Source: Bacteroidota bacterium (GTDB lineage: Bacteria > Bacteroidota > Ignavibacteria > UBA10030). Taken from it: a DNA stretch of 64,000 nucleotides. Positions 1-10,785 of this stretch are shown here, one piece after another. The stretch lies in assembly GCA_025454835.1 (NCBI GenBank), contig JALONQ010000003.1, positions 67,273 to 131,272 of the forward strand, written 5' to 3'. Below the pieces are notes generated by a model. That model was not told the DNA's origin and ran no database searches. It saw only the letters and a list, made by a program, of their open reading frames with translations. Every line of letters starts with the position of its first letter. Position 1 is the first letter of the stretch. The position numbers and the translations under genes are program-made.

Positions 1-14
1 ACGGCCCTACCTGC

Positions 15-114
15 CTCCCTGACCGGACGGCTCCGCGTGCTCCCTGACCGGACGGCTCCGCGTGCTCCCTGACCGGACGGCTCCGCGTGCTCCCTCGACC
101 GGGCGCGGGTCTCA
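15..114. repeat. 25-bp GC-rich tandem direct repeat (unit gctccctgaccggacggctccgcgt), 3 perfect copies plus 1 degenerate copy, immediately 3' of gyrA
   Basis: Identical 25-mers at 15-39 (first base differs), 40-64 and 65-89, with a degenerate fourth copy at 90-114. They lie 65 bp beyond the gyrA stop (180) on the minus-strand transcript. Confidence 0.85.
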
Positions 115-179
115 TAGAACACAAAACGGCGGCCCACGATGGACCGCCGTCTCGTTTGTAAGGCTTCGCAGCGTTCTGG

Positions 180-2819
180 CTATTTCTTGCCCTTCTTCTT
201 GACGGCCGCCGCGTTTGGTCCGGGTTTGGGCCCTTTCTTGCCCGAGAGGCTCTTTGTTGGCCCTCCGGCGGTCTTTGCGGGCGCCTTCATAGGTGGTGCG
301 AGTTCCGGCTTCACTGCCGCAGACTTCTTTTCCGGCTTCGGGGCTGGCGGAGGCTTTGGGGCCTCGGCGGCTTCCGCGATCTTCTTCTCCTCTTCCTCTT
401 CCGCCACCACGACCGCGATGTCGGCCACTTCGTCCTTCTCCTGAAGTCGAATGAGCCGCACGCCTTGCGTGTTGCGGCCAGCCACGCGCACGTCCGACGC
501 ATGCTGGCGGATGACCATGCCGCCCGTCGTAACGACGACAATGTCGTCCGTCTCGAGCACTTCGCGGATCGCCACCATCGAGCCGGTCTTGTCGGTGATC
601 TTCACCGTCTTGATCCCCTTGCCGCCCCGATGGCTGACCCGATACTCGTCCTCTTCCGACCGCTTCCCGTAACCGCGATCGGTGGCGATGAGGATCGTCG
701 TCCCCCTGCGTTGAAGCGTGATGGCTCCGACAACGCGATCGCCTTTGCCAAGCTTGATGCCGCGGACGCCGGCGGCGCTACGGCCCATCGGACGAAGCTC
801 CTCCTCGTGGAAGCGGATCGCCATGCCCTTCGCGGTGCCGATGACGACGTCGTGCTTTCCGTCCGTCAGACGAACGTCCACCAGCCGGTCGTTGCCTTTC
901 AGGTTGGCGGCCGTGATGCCGTTCCGGCGCGGATTGGCGAACTCCGACAGCAGGACCTTCTTGATGGTCCCCTCGCGGGTGACCATGAGCACGAAGTGTT
1001 GATCGTCGAAGGCCTTCACGCCGATGAACGAGGCGATCGTCTCGTCCGGCTGCTTGCCGATCACCGAGCCGATGGGCTTGCCTTTCGACGTCCGACCCCC
1101 TTCGGGGATCTCGAACACCTTGAGCCAGTAGCAGCGACCCTTGTCCGTGAAGATCAAGATGTAATCGTGCGTCGAGGCAACGAACATGTGCTCCATGAAG
1201 TCGTCTTCACGCGTCGACGCTCCCGTCACCCCCCGACCCCCGCGCCCTTGTCGTCGGTACCCGGACACCGGGAATCGCTTGATGAGGCCGCCGTGGCTGA
1301 TGGTGATCACCATGTCCTCCTCGGCGATCACGTCTTCGATCCGGAACTCCTCCGCCGTGTATACGATCTCCGTGCGACGGTTGTCGCCGTACTTCTCTTT
1401 CAACTCCAGCAATTCGTCCTGAATGATCTGCAGCTGAAGCGCCTTGTTCTTCAGGATCGCCCTCAGCCGCTCGATGAGCTTGATCGTCGCCTTGTACTCG
1501 TCCTCGATCTTCTGCCGCTCAAGGCCGGTAAGCCGCTGCAGCCGCATATCCAGGATCGCTTTTGCCTGGACCTCGGACAGCTTGAATCGCTTCATCAGAC
1601 CCAACTTGGCCGTCTCCGTGTCCTTCGAGGCCTTGATGAGCTTGATGATGGCGTCGATGTTGTCGAGGGCGATGATGTAGCCCTCGAGAATGTGGGCGCG
1701 CTTCTCGGCTTCGTCGAGTTCGTACTTCGTCCGTCGGACGATCACTTCATTCCGATGGTCGACGAAGTGCTTCAGGATCTCCCTGAGCGTCAGTACCTGC
1801 GGACGGCCGTCGACGAGGGCGAGCATGATCACGCCGAACGTCGTCTGCATCTGTGTGTGCTTGTACAGATTGTTGAGAACAACCTCGGCGTTTGCGTCGC
1901 GCTTCAGGTCGATGACGACGCGCATGCCGTCGCGGTCCGATTCGTCGTTAATGTTCGAGATGTCCTCGAGCTTCTTGTCGCCGACGAGTTCCGCGATCTT
2001 CTCGATCAGCGAGGCCTTGTTCACCTGGTACGGCAGCTCCGTGACGATGATCCGCTGTCGTTCTCCCTTGCCCGTCTCGATCGATGCCTTCGCGCGGACC
2101 ATGACGCGGCCGCGGCCGGTCATGTAGGCTTCACGGACCCCGTCGTACCCGTAGATGATGCCGCCGGTCGGGAAGTCGGGCGCCGTGACGTGCTTCATCA
2201 GCTTCTCGTTGCTGATGGTGTTGTCCTTGATGTAGGCGACGCATCCGTCGACCACTTCGCGGAGGTTATGCGGGGGGATGTTGGTCGCCATGCCGACGGC
2301 GATGCCGCTGGCTCCATTGCAGAGCAGGTTGGGTACGAGCGCCGGCATGACGCTCGGTTCCTTGAGTGTGTCGTCGAAGTTCGGGACGAACTTGACGGTG
2401 TCCTTTTCCAGGTCACGAAGGATCTCTTCCGCGATCTTCGTCAGGCGCGCCTCAGTGTACCGCATGGCCGCGGCCGAGTCGCCGTCGACCGAGCCGAAGT
2501 TCCCCTGTCCGTCGACCAATGGATAGCGCATCGAAAAGTCCTGCGCCATGCGCACCATGGTGTCGTACACGGCCGAGTCGCCGTGCGGATGGTACTTGCC
2601 GAGCACTTCGCCGACGATGCGGGCGCTTTTCTTGTATGCACGGTTGCTCGCGAGTCCCAGCCCTTGCATGCCGAAGAGCACGCGGCGATGGACCGGCTTT
2701 AACCCGTCGCGGACATCGGGCAACGCACGAGCGACGATGACCGACATCGAGTAGTCGATGTACGATCCCTTCATCTCGTCTTCGATGTCGACGGGGAGGA
2801 TCTTTTCGTTGGTGGCCAT
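180..2819 (-). CDS. gyrA: DNA gyrase subunit A
   Basis: 879-aa ORF with hallmark GyrA N-terminal region (…[30 protein letters not shown]…), the active-site region and C-terminal beta-pinwheel repeats. It ends in a ~75-aa Lys/Ala/Pro-rich tail. It sits directly downstream of gyrB. Confidence 0.97.
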   Translation of the reverse strand: MATNEKILPVDIEDEMKGSYIDYSMSVIVARALPDVRDGLKPVHRRVLFGMQGLGLASNRAYKKSARIVGEVLGKYHPHGDSAVYDTMVRMAQDFSMRYPLVDGQGNFGSVDGDSAAAMRYTEARLTKIAEEILRDLEKDTVKFVPNFDDTLKEPSVMPALVPNLLCNGASGIAVGMATNIPPHNLREVVDGCVAYIKDNTISNEKLMKHVTAPDFPTGGIIYGYDGVREAYMTGRGRVMVRAKASIETGKGERQRIIVTELPYQVNKASLIEKIAELVGDKKLEDISNINDESDRDGMRVVIDLKRDANAEVVLNNLYKHTQMQTTFGVIMLALVDGRPQVLTLREILKHFVDHRNEVIVRRTKYELDEAEKRAHILEGYIIALDNIDAIIKLIKASKDTETAKLGLMKRFKLSEVQAKAILDMRLQRLTGLERQKIEDEYKATIKLIERLRAILKNKALQLQIIQDELLELKEKYGDNRRTEIVYTAEEFRIEDVIAEEDMVITISHGGLIKRFPVSGYRRQGRGGRGVTGASTREDDFMEHMFVASTHDYILIFTDKGRCYWLKVFEIPEGGRTSKGKPIGSVIGKQPDETIASFIGVKAFDDQHFVLMVTREGTIKKVLLSEFANPRRNGITAANLKGNDRLVDVRLTDGKHDVVIGTAKGMAIRFHEEELRPMGRSAAGVRGIKLGKGDRVVGAITLQRRGTTILIATDRGYGKRSEEDEYRVSHRGGKGIKTVKITDKTGSMVAIREVLETDDIVVVTTGGMVIRQHASDVRVAGRNTQGVRLIRLQEKDEVADIAVVVAEEEEEKKIAEAAEAPKPPPAPKPEKKSAAVKPELAPPMKAPAKTAGGPTKSLSGKKGPKPGPNAAAVKKKGKK

Positions 2820-2850
2820 GGGTGGTTAAGGTTCAGCGTGGGGCTTGGGG

Positions 2851-2909
2851 CGTGGAGCGTGGAGCGTGGAGCCGGTCGCCATGTTCAATGCTCCGTGCTC
2901 CGTGCCCCA
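2851..2909. repeat. Intercistronic gyrB-gyrA spacer containing 3 tandem CGTGGAG heptamers and 2 tandem GCTCCGT heptamers that form an imperfect inverted repeat
   Basis: gcgtggagcgtggagcgtggagcc (2851-2874) ... gctccgtgctccgtgcccc (2891-2909). The two arms are near reverse complements (GGAGCGTGGAGC vs GCTCCGTGCTCC), so the gyrBA transcript can form a stem-loop just upstream of the gyrA start. Confidence 0.7.
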
Positions 2910-2921
2910 TGCTGTTCTCCG

Positions 2922-4988
<2,067 letters not shown>

Positions 4989-5047
4989 TCAAACGCTTCG
5001 TTGCGAGCGGGCGGCGATGCCGCGCGAAACTTCTCTTGCGACGGCTC

Positions 5048-5347
5048 TTACTGAAACCGAATGTCTTTTACGATATCGCTGCCAACGACGGCGTTGACCT
5101 TGCTGATAAGGTCTGCCTTGCGCATCGTCAACTCATAACGCCACGTCGCATTGGTGACGCGGACGGTAAGGACGCCGCGGTGGATCTGGGCCGCAGTCGC
5201 CACCTTCGCAATGTGCGCTCCGACCGCTTCTTCCCAACGCAGGACGGCGTCATACTCCCGGAGCCTCGGCCCAAGACCGAGGTCCTTGACCAGACCCCGG
5301 ATGGCATCTCCGAGCGACCTAGGTCCGCGAGTGTTCGACGTGCTCAA
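5048..5347 (-). CDS. DUF721 / DciA-like protein (putative replicative helicase loader)
   Basis: 99-aa ORF in the canonical position between recF and gyrB. The hydrophobic and W pattern (…YDAVLRWEEAVGAHIAKVATAAQIHRGVLTVRVTNATWRYEL…) is typical of DUF721. It overlaps the 5' end of recF by 29 nt. Confidence 0.7.
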   Translation of the reverse strand: MSTSNTRGPRSLGDAIRGLVKDLGLGPRLREYDAVLRWEEAVGAHIAKVATAAQIHRGVLTVRVTNATWRYELTMRKADLISKVNAVVGSDIVKDIRFQ

Positions 5348-6464
5348 CTCGACCCTTCTGAATGGTGAATCGTGACTTCATCGCGCCGCCGTGAACGTCC
5401 GTCGGCACCAGCCGCTCATCGGTCGCCGTCACGAACGCCTGACCCGCGTGGGCGACCAGGTCCAACAGATGGCGACATCGATGCGCGTCGAGCTCGCTGA
5501 ACACATCGTCGAGCAACAACAACGGGGTCTCGTTGCAGCGGTCTTTGAGGTACGAGAACTCGGCCAGCTTCAACCCCACGAGAAACGTCTTGTGCTGACC
5601 CTGCGACGCGAACTCACGAACGGAGCGGTCGTTGATCGACAGCTCCAGCTCATCTCGGTGCGGCCCAACCAACGTCGTGCCCGCCCTTGTCTCCTCGCGC
5701 TCTGCCGCCCCGATGGCCGTCCGGAACGCCTCGCCTGCCGCCTCCGTCGTCATCGACGCCTCCGGCAAGACCTCCGACGCGTAGAGAAGCGTCGGATGCT
5801 CTCTGGTGCCGGTAAGCGCCGCAAACGCCCGGTCCACATACGGGCGAAATTCTTCCACGAACTCTTGCCGCCGCAATGCGATACGGCTGCCGGTCCTGAC
5901 CAACAGGTCCGTCCAAGGTTCAAGTGCGGACCCCGGTGTCCGTCGCGCCAGCTTCGCGTCCAGCAGCACCCTGTTCCGTTGTCGCAACGCGCGCCGGTAT
6001 TCCACAAGGTCTTCCAGGTAAATGCGGCTCGCCTGTGATACGGTCAGGTCGAGGAACCTGCGGCGTTCCGCCGGACCCCCTGCCGTGATCCCCGCGTGCT
6101 CCGGCGCAAGCACCACCAACGGAAACCGGCCGATCAGGTCGGTGCGCCTTCCTATCTCCGATCCGCCGACAGAGACGCGCTTCGTTCCGCCGGGCACCTC
6201 ATAGACCGACTCCACCTTGAATTCCACCCCGCCGTCCGACGCCAGCGTCCCTCGCACCAGAAACCCGTTCGTTCCCATCTGCACCACCGTCGCATCTGAG
6301 GCGCCGTGAAACGACCGGCCCAGACAGAGGTACGAAACGCCTTCGAGGATGTTCGTTTTTCCTTCTCCGTTGTCGCCGAGCAACAGGTTCAACCCCGGGG
6401 AGAATTCCAGCGCCGTCTCCGCGTGGTTCCGAAACTGGCGCAACAGAAGGCGTGTGAGTTGCAT
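5319..6464 (-). CDS. recF: DNA replication and repair protein RecF
   Basis: 381-aa ORF with an N-terminal Walker A (LLLGDNGEGKTNILEG), an SMC-like signature and a Walker B (LLLLDDVFSELD). Gene order is dnaA-dnaN-recF. Confidence 0.95.
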   Translation of the reverse strand: MQLTRLLLRQFRNHAETALEFSPGLNLLLGDNGEGKTNILEGVSYLCLGRSFHGASDATVVQMGTNGFLVRGTLASDGGVEFKVESVYEVPGGTKRVSVGGSEIGRRTDLIGRFPLVVLAPEHAGITAGGPAERRRFLDLTVSQASRIYLEDLVEYRRALRQRNRVLLDAKLARRTPGSALEPWTDLLVRTGSRIALRRQEFVEEFRPYVDRAFAALTGTREHPTLLYASEVLPEASMTTEAAGEAFRTAIGAAEREETRAGTTLVGPHRDELELSINDRSVREFASQGQHKTFLVGLKLAEFSYLKDRCNETPLLLLDDVFSELDAHRCRHLLDLVAHAGQAFVTATDERLVPTDVHGGAMKSRFTIQKGRVEHVEHSRT

Positions 6465-6528
6465 CGGGGGGTGCGGCTGATGCCGGCGGCGGCACGGTCG
6501 CCGGCATCGGTGGCCGCGAAGGGCGTCG

Positions 6529-7641
6529 TCAGGCGTTCAGCCGCATCGGCATGACGAGCATCAGGACATCCTGGCCTTCTTTGTTCGCCGCCGGTGTAAT
6601 GATCGCCGCGCGCACCGGACTGCTGAAACGGAAGACGACGTCGTCTGAGTCGATATGCGACAGGATGTCCGCAACATAATGGGCGTTGAACCCGATCTCC
6701 AGGTCCTCGGCGTCGTACGAGCACGGGATCTTCTCGCGCGCTTCTCCGCCGAAATCAACATCCTCGGCCGCGATACGCACCTCGCTCTTCTTCACGGCGA
6801 ACCGCACCTGATGCGTGGTAGAGCTCGAATAGAGTGCCACGCGTTTGACGGCCGCCAGAAGCAGGTCACGCGCTATGGTGAGGTTCTTGGTGTTGTCGAG
6901 CGGAATGACCGATTCGTAGTTCGGGTATTTCTCTTCGATGAGCCGCGATGTGAGCGTCGTCGAGCCGAGATGGAACTGTGCGTGCGTAGCATCGACGGAG
7001 ATCTTGACGTCATGGTCTTCGATCGAGCGTCCGACCAGCACGAGCGCTTTCGCCGGGATGATAATGTCCTTCTTTACCTTCGCGCCGACACCGGCGAAGC
7101 CGATCTTGACGAGCCGATGGCCGTCTGTCGCGACCACGGTCAGATCCTTGCCTTCGAACTGGAAAAGCACTCCCGTCATCGCAGGGCGCAGCTCGTCGGA
7201 ACTGACGGAGAAGATCGTCTGGTTCACGATGCCGCTGAGCGTTGTGCCCGAGAGAATGACCTCGTTCTCGGCCTTCAATTGCGGACCCGCGGGAAACTCT
7301 TCGCTCGTCTCGCCGATCAGGTTATACTCGCCGCTCTCGGTGACCATCTTGATCTTGTTCGACGATGCGTCGGCGTGGAAGATGATCTGCACGTCGGGGA
7401 GTGCGCGCACCGTGTCGAGGATGCGTTTCGCCGGCACGGCGATCGATCCGTCCTCGGCTCCCTTTACCTCCACCGCGGCAGCCATCGAAACCTCCAGGTC
7501 CGTCGCAACGAGCCGAAGGGAATTCTTGTTCAGGACGAAGAGGATGTTCTCGAGGATAGGGAGGGTCGACTTTGAAGGGACGACTCCGTTGACTTTCGTC
7601 AGCGCTTTCTGGAGTTCACTGCTGGCAACTGTGAATTTCAT
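6529..7641 (-). CDS. dnaN: DNA polymerase III beta sliding clamp
   Basis: The six-frame ORF 6529..7719 carries a 26-aa in-frame N-terminal extension. The likely true start is the internal Met (MKFTVASSELQKALTKV…) at 7641, giving 370 aa, a typical DnaN length and N-terminus. Confidence 0.93.
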   Translation of the reverse strand: MKFTVASSELQKALTKVNGVVPSKSTLPILENILFVLNKNSLRLVATDLEVSMAAAVEVKGAEDGSIAVPAKRILDTVRALPDVQIIFHADASSNKIKMVTESGEYNLIGETSEEFPAGPQLKAENEVILSGTTLSGIVNQTIFSVSSDELRPAMTGVLFQFEGKDLTVVATDGHRLVKIGFAGVGAKVKKDIIIPAKALVLVGRSIEDHDVKISVDATHAQFHLGSTTLTSRLIEEKYPNYESVIPLDNTKNLTIARDLLLAAVKRVALYSSSTTHQVRFAVKKSEVRIAAEDVDFGGEAREKIPCSYDAEDLEIGFNAHYVADILSHIDSDDVVFRFSSPVRAAIITPAANKEGQDVLMLVMPMRLNA

Positions 7642-8128
7642 GCCGGGTACTCCTGCGTCGGTCGGGTGGTAGAGTCGATACAAGTAGGCCAATATAGCGA
7701 AAAATCGCGGCCTCTCCAATCGTTATTCAGCTTCGATATTGACTTAACTTATTACAAACAAACAACTTACCGCGATTCTCCATGGTAAGCTCACTAATTC
7801 AGCAATTTCCGAGGATTTGAATGCTTCGCATCGTCTGCTTGGGTTGTTGACACCCTTAGTAATAATATATGTACAGAAACAGAAAGAAGATGATTTATAA
7901 GGGTGTGGATAGTGGGGATAAGAAAAGCAGCGCGAAGCGATCAACGCGAAAAACAATAAGGATAGACTTCGCTGAGACTGTAACCACCGTGGATAACATG
8001 TGTCGAACGAGGCTCTTACTGACAAGTTGCCGACGGCGGTTGCTACGCTCGGATCGAGGGCTGGAGTTATAGACACACGGTCAACAGACATCCACATCGC
8101 TCTCCACATCGTTGTCGACAGGAGTGCG
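7642..8128. promoter_or_regulatory. oriC: Candidate oriC: dnaA-dnaN intergenic region with an AT-rich DNA-unwinding element and several DnaA boxes
   Basis: A ~490-bp non-coding gap with a markedly AT-rich stretch (7720-7960, e.g. taataatatatgtacagaaacagaaagaagatgatttataag). DnaA-box-like 9-mers are present: TGTGGATAG (7904-7912, reverse complement CTATCCACA), TGGGGATAA, GTGGATAAC (7989-7997, reverse complement GTTATCCAC), and ATCCACAT/TCCACAT (8088-8108). A strand switch of flanking genes occurs here. Confidence 0.75.
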
Positions 8129-9565
8129 TCAGCCTCGAAGCTCCAGCTTGCGTCGGAGCTGGTCCAGCTGCTGGCGGAAGTTGGCGTCGGATCTCAACCG
8201 ATCGTCGACCGTTTGGCAGGCATGGATAACGGTGCTATGGTCGCGGCCCCCAAAGTGCAGGCCGATGGTCTTGAGGGAGGAATTTGTGAGCTCTTTTGCC
8301 AGGAACATCGAGACCTGGCGGGCGTGCACGACCTCCTGCTTGCGCGTCTTCGCGCGAAGGAGGTCGAAGGGCACATCGAGGTACTCAGCGACGAGCCGCT
8401 GGATCTGTTCGATCGAGACGGGGGCCTTCATCTCTTGCACGACCATGCGAAGCACATCCTTCGCCAGATCGGTCGTGATCTCCCGGTTCTCAAGAGACGC
8501 ACGAGCGAGGAGGCTGATCAAACAGCCTTCGAGCTCGCGGATATTCGTCGTGACGTTCGATGCGATAAGATCGATGACGCTCTGCGGCAGGTCGAGTCGA
8601 TTCTCCTGAGCCTTCTTCTGCAAGATGGCGATGCGCGTCTCAAGATCGGGGGCCTGAATGTCCGCCGTTAATCCGCACTGGAAGCGCGAGATCAGTCGTT
8701 CGTCCAACCCCTTCAACTCTTTCGGGGGAACGTCGGACGAGAGGACGATCTGCTTGCCGACCTGATAGAGCGCATTGAACGTGTGGAAGAAGTTGTCCTG
8801 CGTCTTTTCTTTGCCGGAGAAGAACTGGATATCGTCGACGATGAGCAGGTCCATCGAACGGTAGAACTGCGAGAACTCGTTCACGCGGTCGGCCTGGATG
8901 GCTTCGACAAAATCGACGGTGAACTTCTCGCTCGAGACGTAACAGACGCGCTTCGCCTTGCCGAGGGCGATAGCGTGGTTCCCGAGGGCATGCATGAGAT
9001 GCGTTTTGCCAAGCCCCGTTCCGCCGTAGATGACGAGCGGATTGAAGGATGTGCCGCCGGGATTGTTGCCGACCGCCAGCGCCGCCGCACGCGCCAGCTG
9101 ATTACTGTCCCCCTTGATGAAATTGTCGAACGTGTAGCGGGGATTCAGGTTGCTATGGATCGGCTGTGTGTATTCGGCTTTGTAGGCGATGTAGGGAGCG
9201 AACGACGGCATCGTGGCTGGCCGCTCTCCGGAAGCGACCGGAGCAGGGGCGGTAGCCGTCGCGTCCTGTGACAGTTCGTCAACGCCGATGGAGTAGAACA
9301 ACCGACCGTCGGGACCCAGGACACTCTCGACCGTTTTGGAGATCAGCGACCGGTAGTGCTCTTCGAGCCAATCGTAGAAGAACTGACTGGGCACCTTGAT
9401 CGTCAGATGTCCGTTCTCCAGTCGCAGGGGGACAACGGGCTGAAACCAGGTTTTAAAGCTCAGCGAAGAGATCTGAGGACGGATAATGTCCAGGCAGGAT
9501 TCCCACGTTGCTTGGGCTGTTGGGTCGGTCAATTCGGGGTACGGTGCGGGGAGCGAAGAGTTCAT
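8129..9565 (-). CDS. dnaA: Chromosomal replication initiator protein DnaA
   Basis: 478-aa ORF with an AAA+ Walker A (IYGGTGLGKTHLMHA), Walker B (LLIVDDIQFF), sensor motifs, and a C-terminal helix-turn-helix DNA-binding domain (…KTIGLHFGGRDHSTVIHACQTV…). Confidence 0.97.
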   Translation of the reverse strand: MNSSLPAPYPELTDPTAQATWESCLDIIRPQISSLSFKTWFQPVVPLRLENGHLTIKVPSQFFYDWLEEHYRSLISKTVESVLGPDGRLFYSIGVDELSQDATATAPAPVASGERPATMPSFAPYIAYKAEYTQPIHSNLNPRYTFDNFIKGDSNQLARAAALAVGNNPGGTSFNPLVIYGGTGLGKTHLMHALGNHAIALGKAKRVCYVSSEKFTVDFVEAIQADRVNEFSQFYRSMDLLIVDDIQFFSGKEKTQDNFFHTFNALYQVGKQIVLSSDVPPKELKGLDERLISRFQCGLTADIQAPDLETRIAILQKKAQENRLDLPQSVIDLIASNVTTNIRELEGCLISLLARASLENREITTDLAKDVLRMVVQEMKAPVSIEQIQRLVAEYLDVPFDLLRAKTRKQEVVHARQVSMFLAKELTNSSLKTIGLHFGGRDHSTVIHACQTVDDRLRSDANFRQQLDQLRRKLELRG

Positions 9566-9589
9566 AACGCAGGCAGAACAGTCAATTCA

Positions 9590-9840
9590 CCGGTTTTCCA
9601 CAACGTCATCCACAGACGTGGAAATCCAGATCTCTTGGGGTTAGGGAAGCGCTTACGACACTCACATGAACAGCGGACGGAAAAATCGTTGTCCCCGTGG
9701 GAGCAAACCAGAGTTAGCAACACCGTTTTCCACATATGCACAACAGCCAAACGGGCCAACAAATAGGGCCCATTCTTGGAGCCGCAAAGTTATCCACAAA
9801 CCATCCACCCGTGAGGATGGCTGTGTGTGGAGGCCCATTA
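9590..9840. promoter_or_regulatory. DnaA-box cluster in the dnaA upstream region (autoregulatory promoter and/or second half of a bipartite origin)
   Basis: TTTTCCACA (9594-9602), TCATCCACA (9606-9614), TTTTCCACA (9726-9734), a perfect consensus TTATCCACA (9790-9798), CATCCACC (9802-9809) and TGTGTGGAGG (reverse complement CCTCCACACA, ~9825). Confidence 0.7.
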
Positions 9841-10030
9841 TACAGTACTTCAGCGGGTCAACGCAAGGGGAAAATTGACAAAGCCCGAAGATGAGAGATG
9901 GCCGCCGAAGGCAAGGTGCGTGAGGCGGGAGATCGAATAGCCGACCCATCGTTCCAGCGTCGCGAAGGTTGGAAGCGGCTTCAATTTTCTGTATATTTCT
10001 TGGCTTGTTAGGAACAAGGAGCCAGATCAC

Positions 10031-10183
10031 ATGAAGCGTACGTATCAGCCGCATACCCGGAAGCGGCGCAACAAACACGGATTTCGCCAGCGAATGGCGA
10101 CCAAGAATGGCCGAAAAGTCCTCGCCCGGCGTCGCGCCAAAGGCCGGAAGAAGCTCACCGTCAGCGACGAACGCCGCAAGTAA
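10031..10183 (+). CDS. rpmH: 50S ribosomal protein L34
   Basis: 50-aa ORF ([50 protein letters not shown]) matching the universal L34 consensus. It is absent from the ORF track because it is below the 60-aa cutoff. It is preceded by AAGGAG about 8 nt upstream. It occupies the canonical rpmH-rnpA-yidD-yidC position. Confidence 0.93.
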   Translation: MKRTYQPHTRKRRNKHGFRQRMATKNGRKVLARRRAKGRKKLTVSDERRK

Positions 10184-10205
10184 GGCGGGTTCGCCCGGAC
10201 AACGA

Positions 10206-10547
10206 TTGTCCAAGACCGACATCCTTCGCGGCTTTCGGGTATTCTCGCGCGTCATCGGCGAAGGGCGCTCGACCGCCCAACCCCCCGTGCGCCTGTTCAT
10301 TCGTCCCGACCCAACCTTGGGTTCTTCGCTCAAGGTTGGGTTTTCCGTCTCACGCAATATCCGCACGGCCGTTCGGCGGAACCGTTGTCGACGCCTCTTG
10401 CGCGAAGCGTTCCGACTCCACCGTTCCGAATGCGTCCTCACCGGATGCGAGATCGTGCTCATGTATACGGGCGCTCCCGGCCGCAGGCCGCACTTGAGCG
10501 ACGTCGCACCGGCCGTGCGCACGCTGATGCGAAAGACCTCGGCATGA
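10206..10547 (+). CDS. rnpA: Ribonuclease P protein component (start uncertain)
   Basis: C-terminal ~110 aa of ORF 10107..10547 (…[36 protein letters not shown]…[27 protein letters not shown]…). The hydrophobic and basic pattern is RnpA-like. The annotated ORF start at 10107 overlaps rpmH in another frame, so a TTG or other non-ATG start just after rpmH is more plausible. Confidence 0.7.
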   Translation: MSKTDILRGFRVFSRVIGEGRSTAQPPVRLFIRPDPTLGSSLKVGFSVSRNIRTAVRRNRCRRLLREAFRLHRSECVLTGCEIVLMYTGAPGRRPHLSDVAPAVRTLMRKTSA

Positions 10548-10768
10548 GCCTTCCCGCCTCCATTTTGGTCGGCATCGTGCGCGTCTATCGCTTGCTCATA
10601 TCGCCCATCTTGCCGTTCAACCAATGCCGCTTTCTTCCGACGTGCTCGGAGTATGCCATCGAAGCGCTCCGGAAGCATGGAGCGTGGCGCGGCTCGGGCT
10701 TGGCGACGCGGAGGATCCTGCGTTGTCATCCCTACTCGAAACATGGCGGGTATGATCCCGTCCCCTGA
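10544..10768 (+). CDS. yidD: Membrane protein insertion efficiency factor YidD
   Basis: 74-aa protein ([74 protein letters not shown]) with the conserved CRFxPTCSxY and RCHP motifs. Its ATG overlaps the rnpA stop (ATGA). Confidence 0.93.
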   Translation: MSLPASILVGIVRVYRLLISPILPFNQCRFLPTCSEYAIEALRKHGAWRGSGLATRRILRCHPYSKHGGYDPVP

Positions 10769-10785
10769 CCGAACAACCTGACGCC

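Noticed and set aside
15-114. Tandem 25-bp repeats considered as a possible CRISPR array
   Set aside because: The repeats are directly abutting with no spacers. The unit is too short and there are too few copies. No cas genes are nearby.
465-2702. 745-aa ORF on the plus strand antisense to gyrA, and many similar long antisense ORFs (e.g. 3330..4331+, 6655..7575+, 9662..10744-, 11488..12243-, 12869..13717-, 19389..20081-, 20106..21071-, 21034..22284-, 29730..30701+, 32260..33327+, 34425..35651+, 36033..37043+, 37510..38472+, 37943..39241+, 38799..39677-, 42344..44116+, 44691..45506+, 46246..47091+, 48066..48902+, 57292..58347-, 58769..59530-, 61298..61906-)
   Set aside because: They lie antisense to, or out of frame with, strongly supported conserved genes. 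Their translations are Arg/Ala/Pro-rich low-complexity sequence, typical of stop-codon-poor alternative frames in ~65% GC DNA. No recognisable motifs were found.
10107-10205. Annotated start of the rnpA ORF at 10107 (MAEKSSPG…)
   Set aside because: This start would overlap the highly conserved rpmH coding sequence in another frame for 77 nt. RnpA homology begins only after the rpmH stop, so a downstream TTG or non-canonical start is more plausible.
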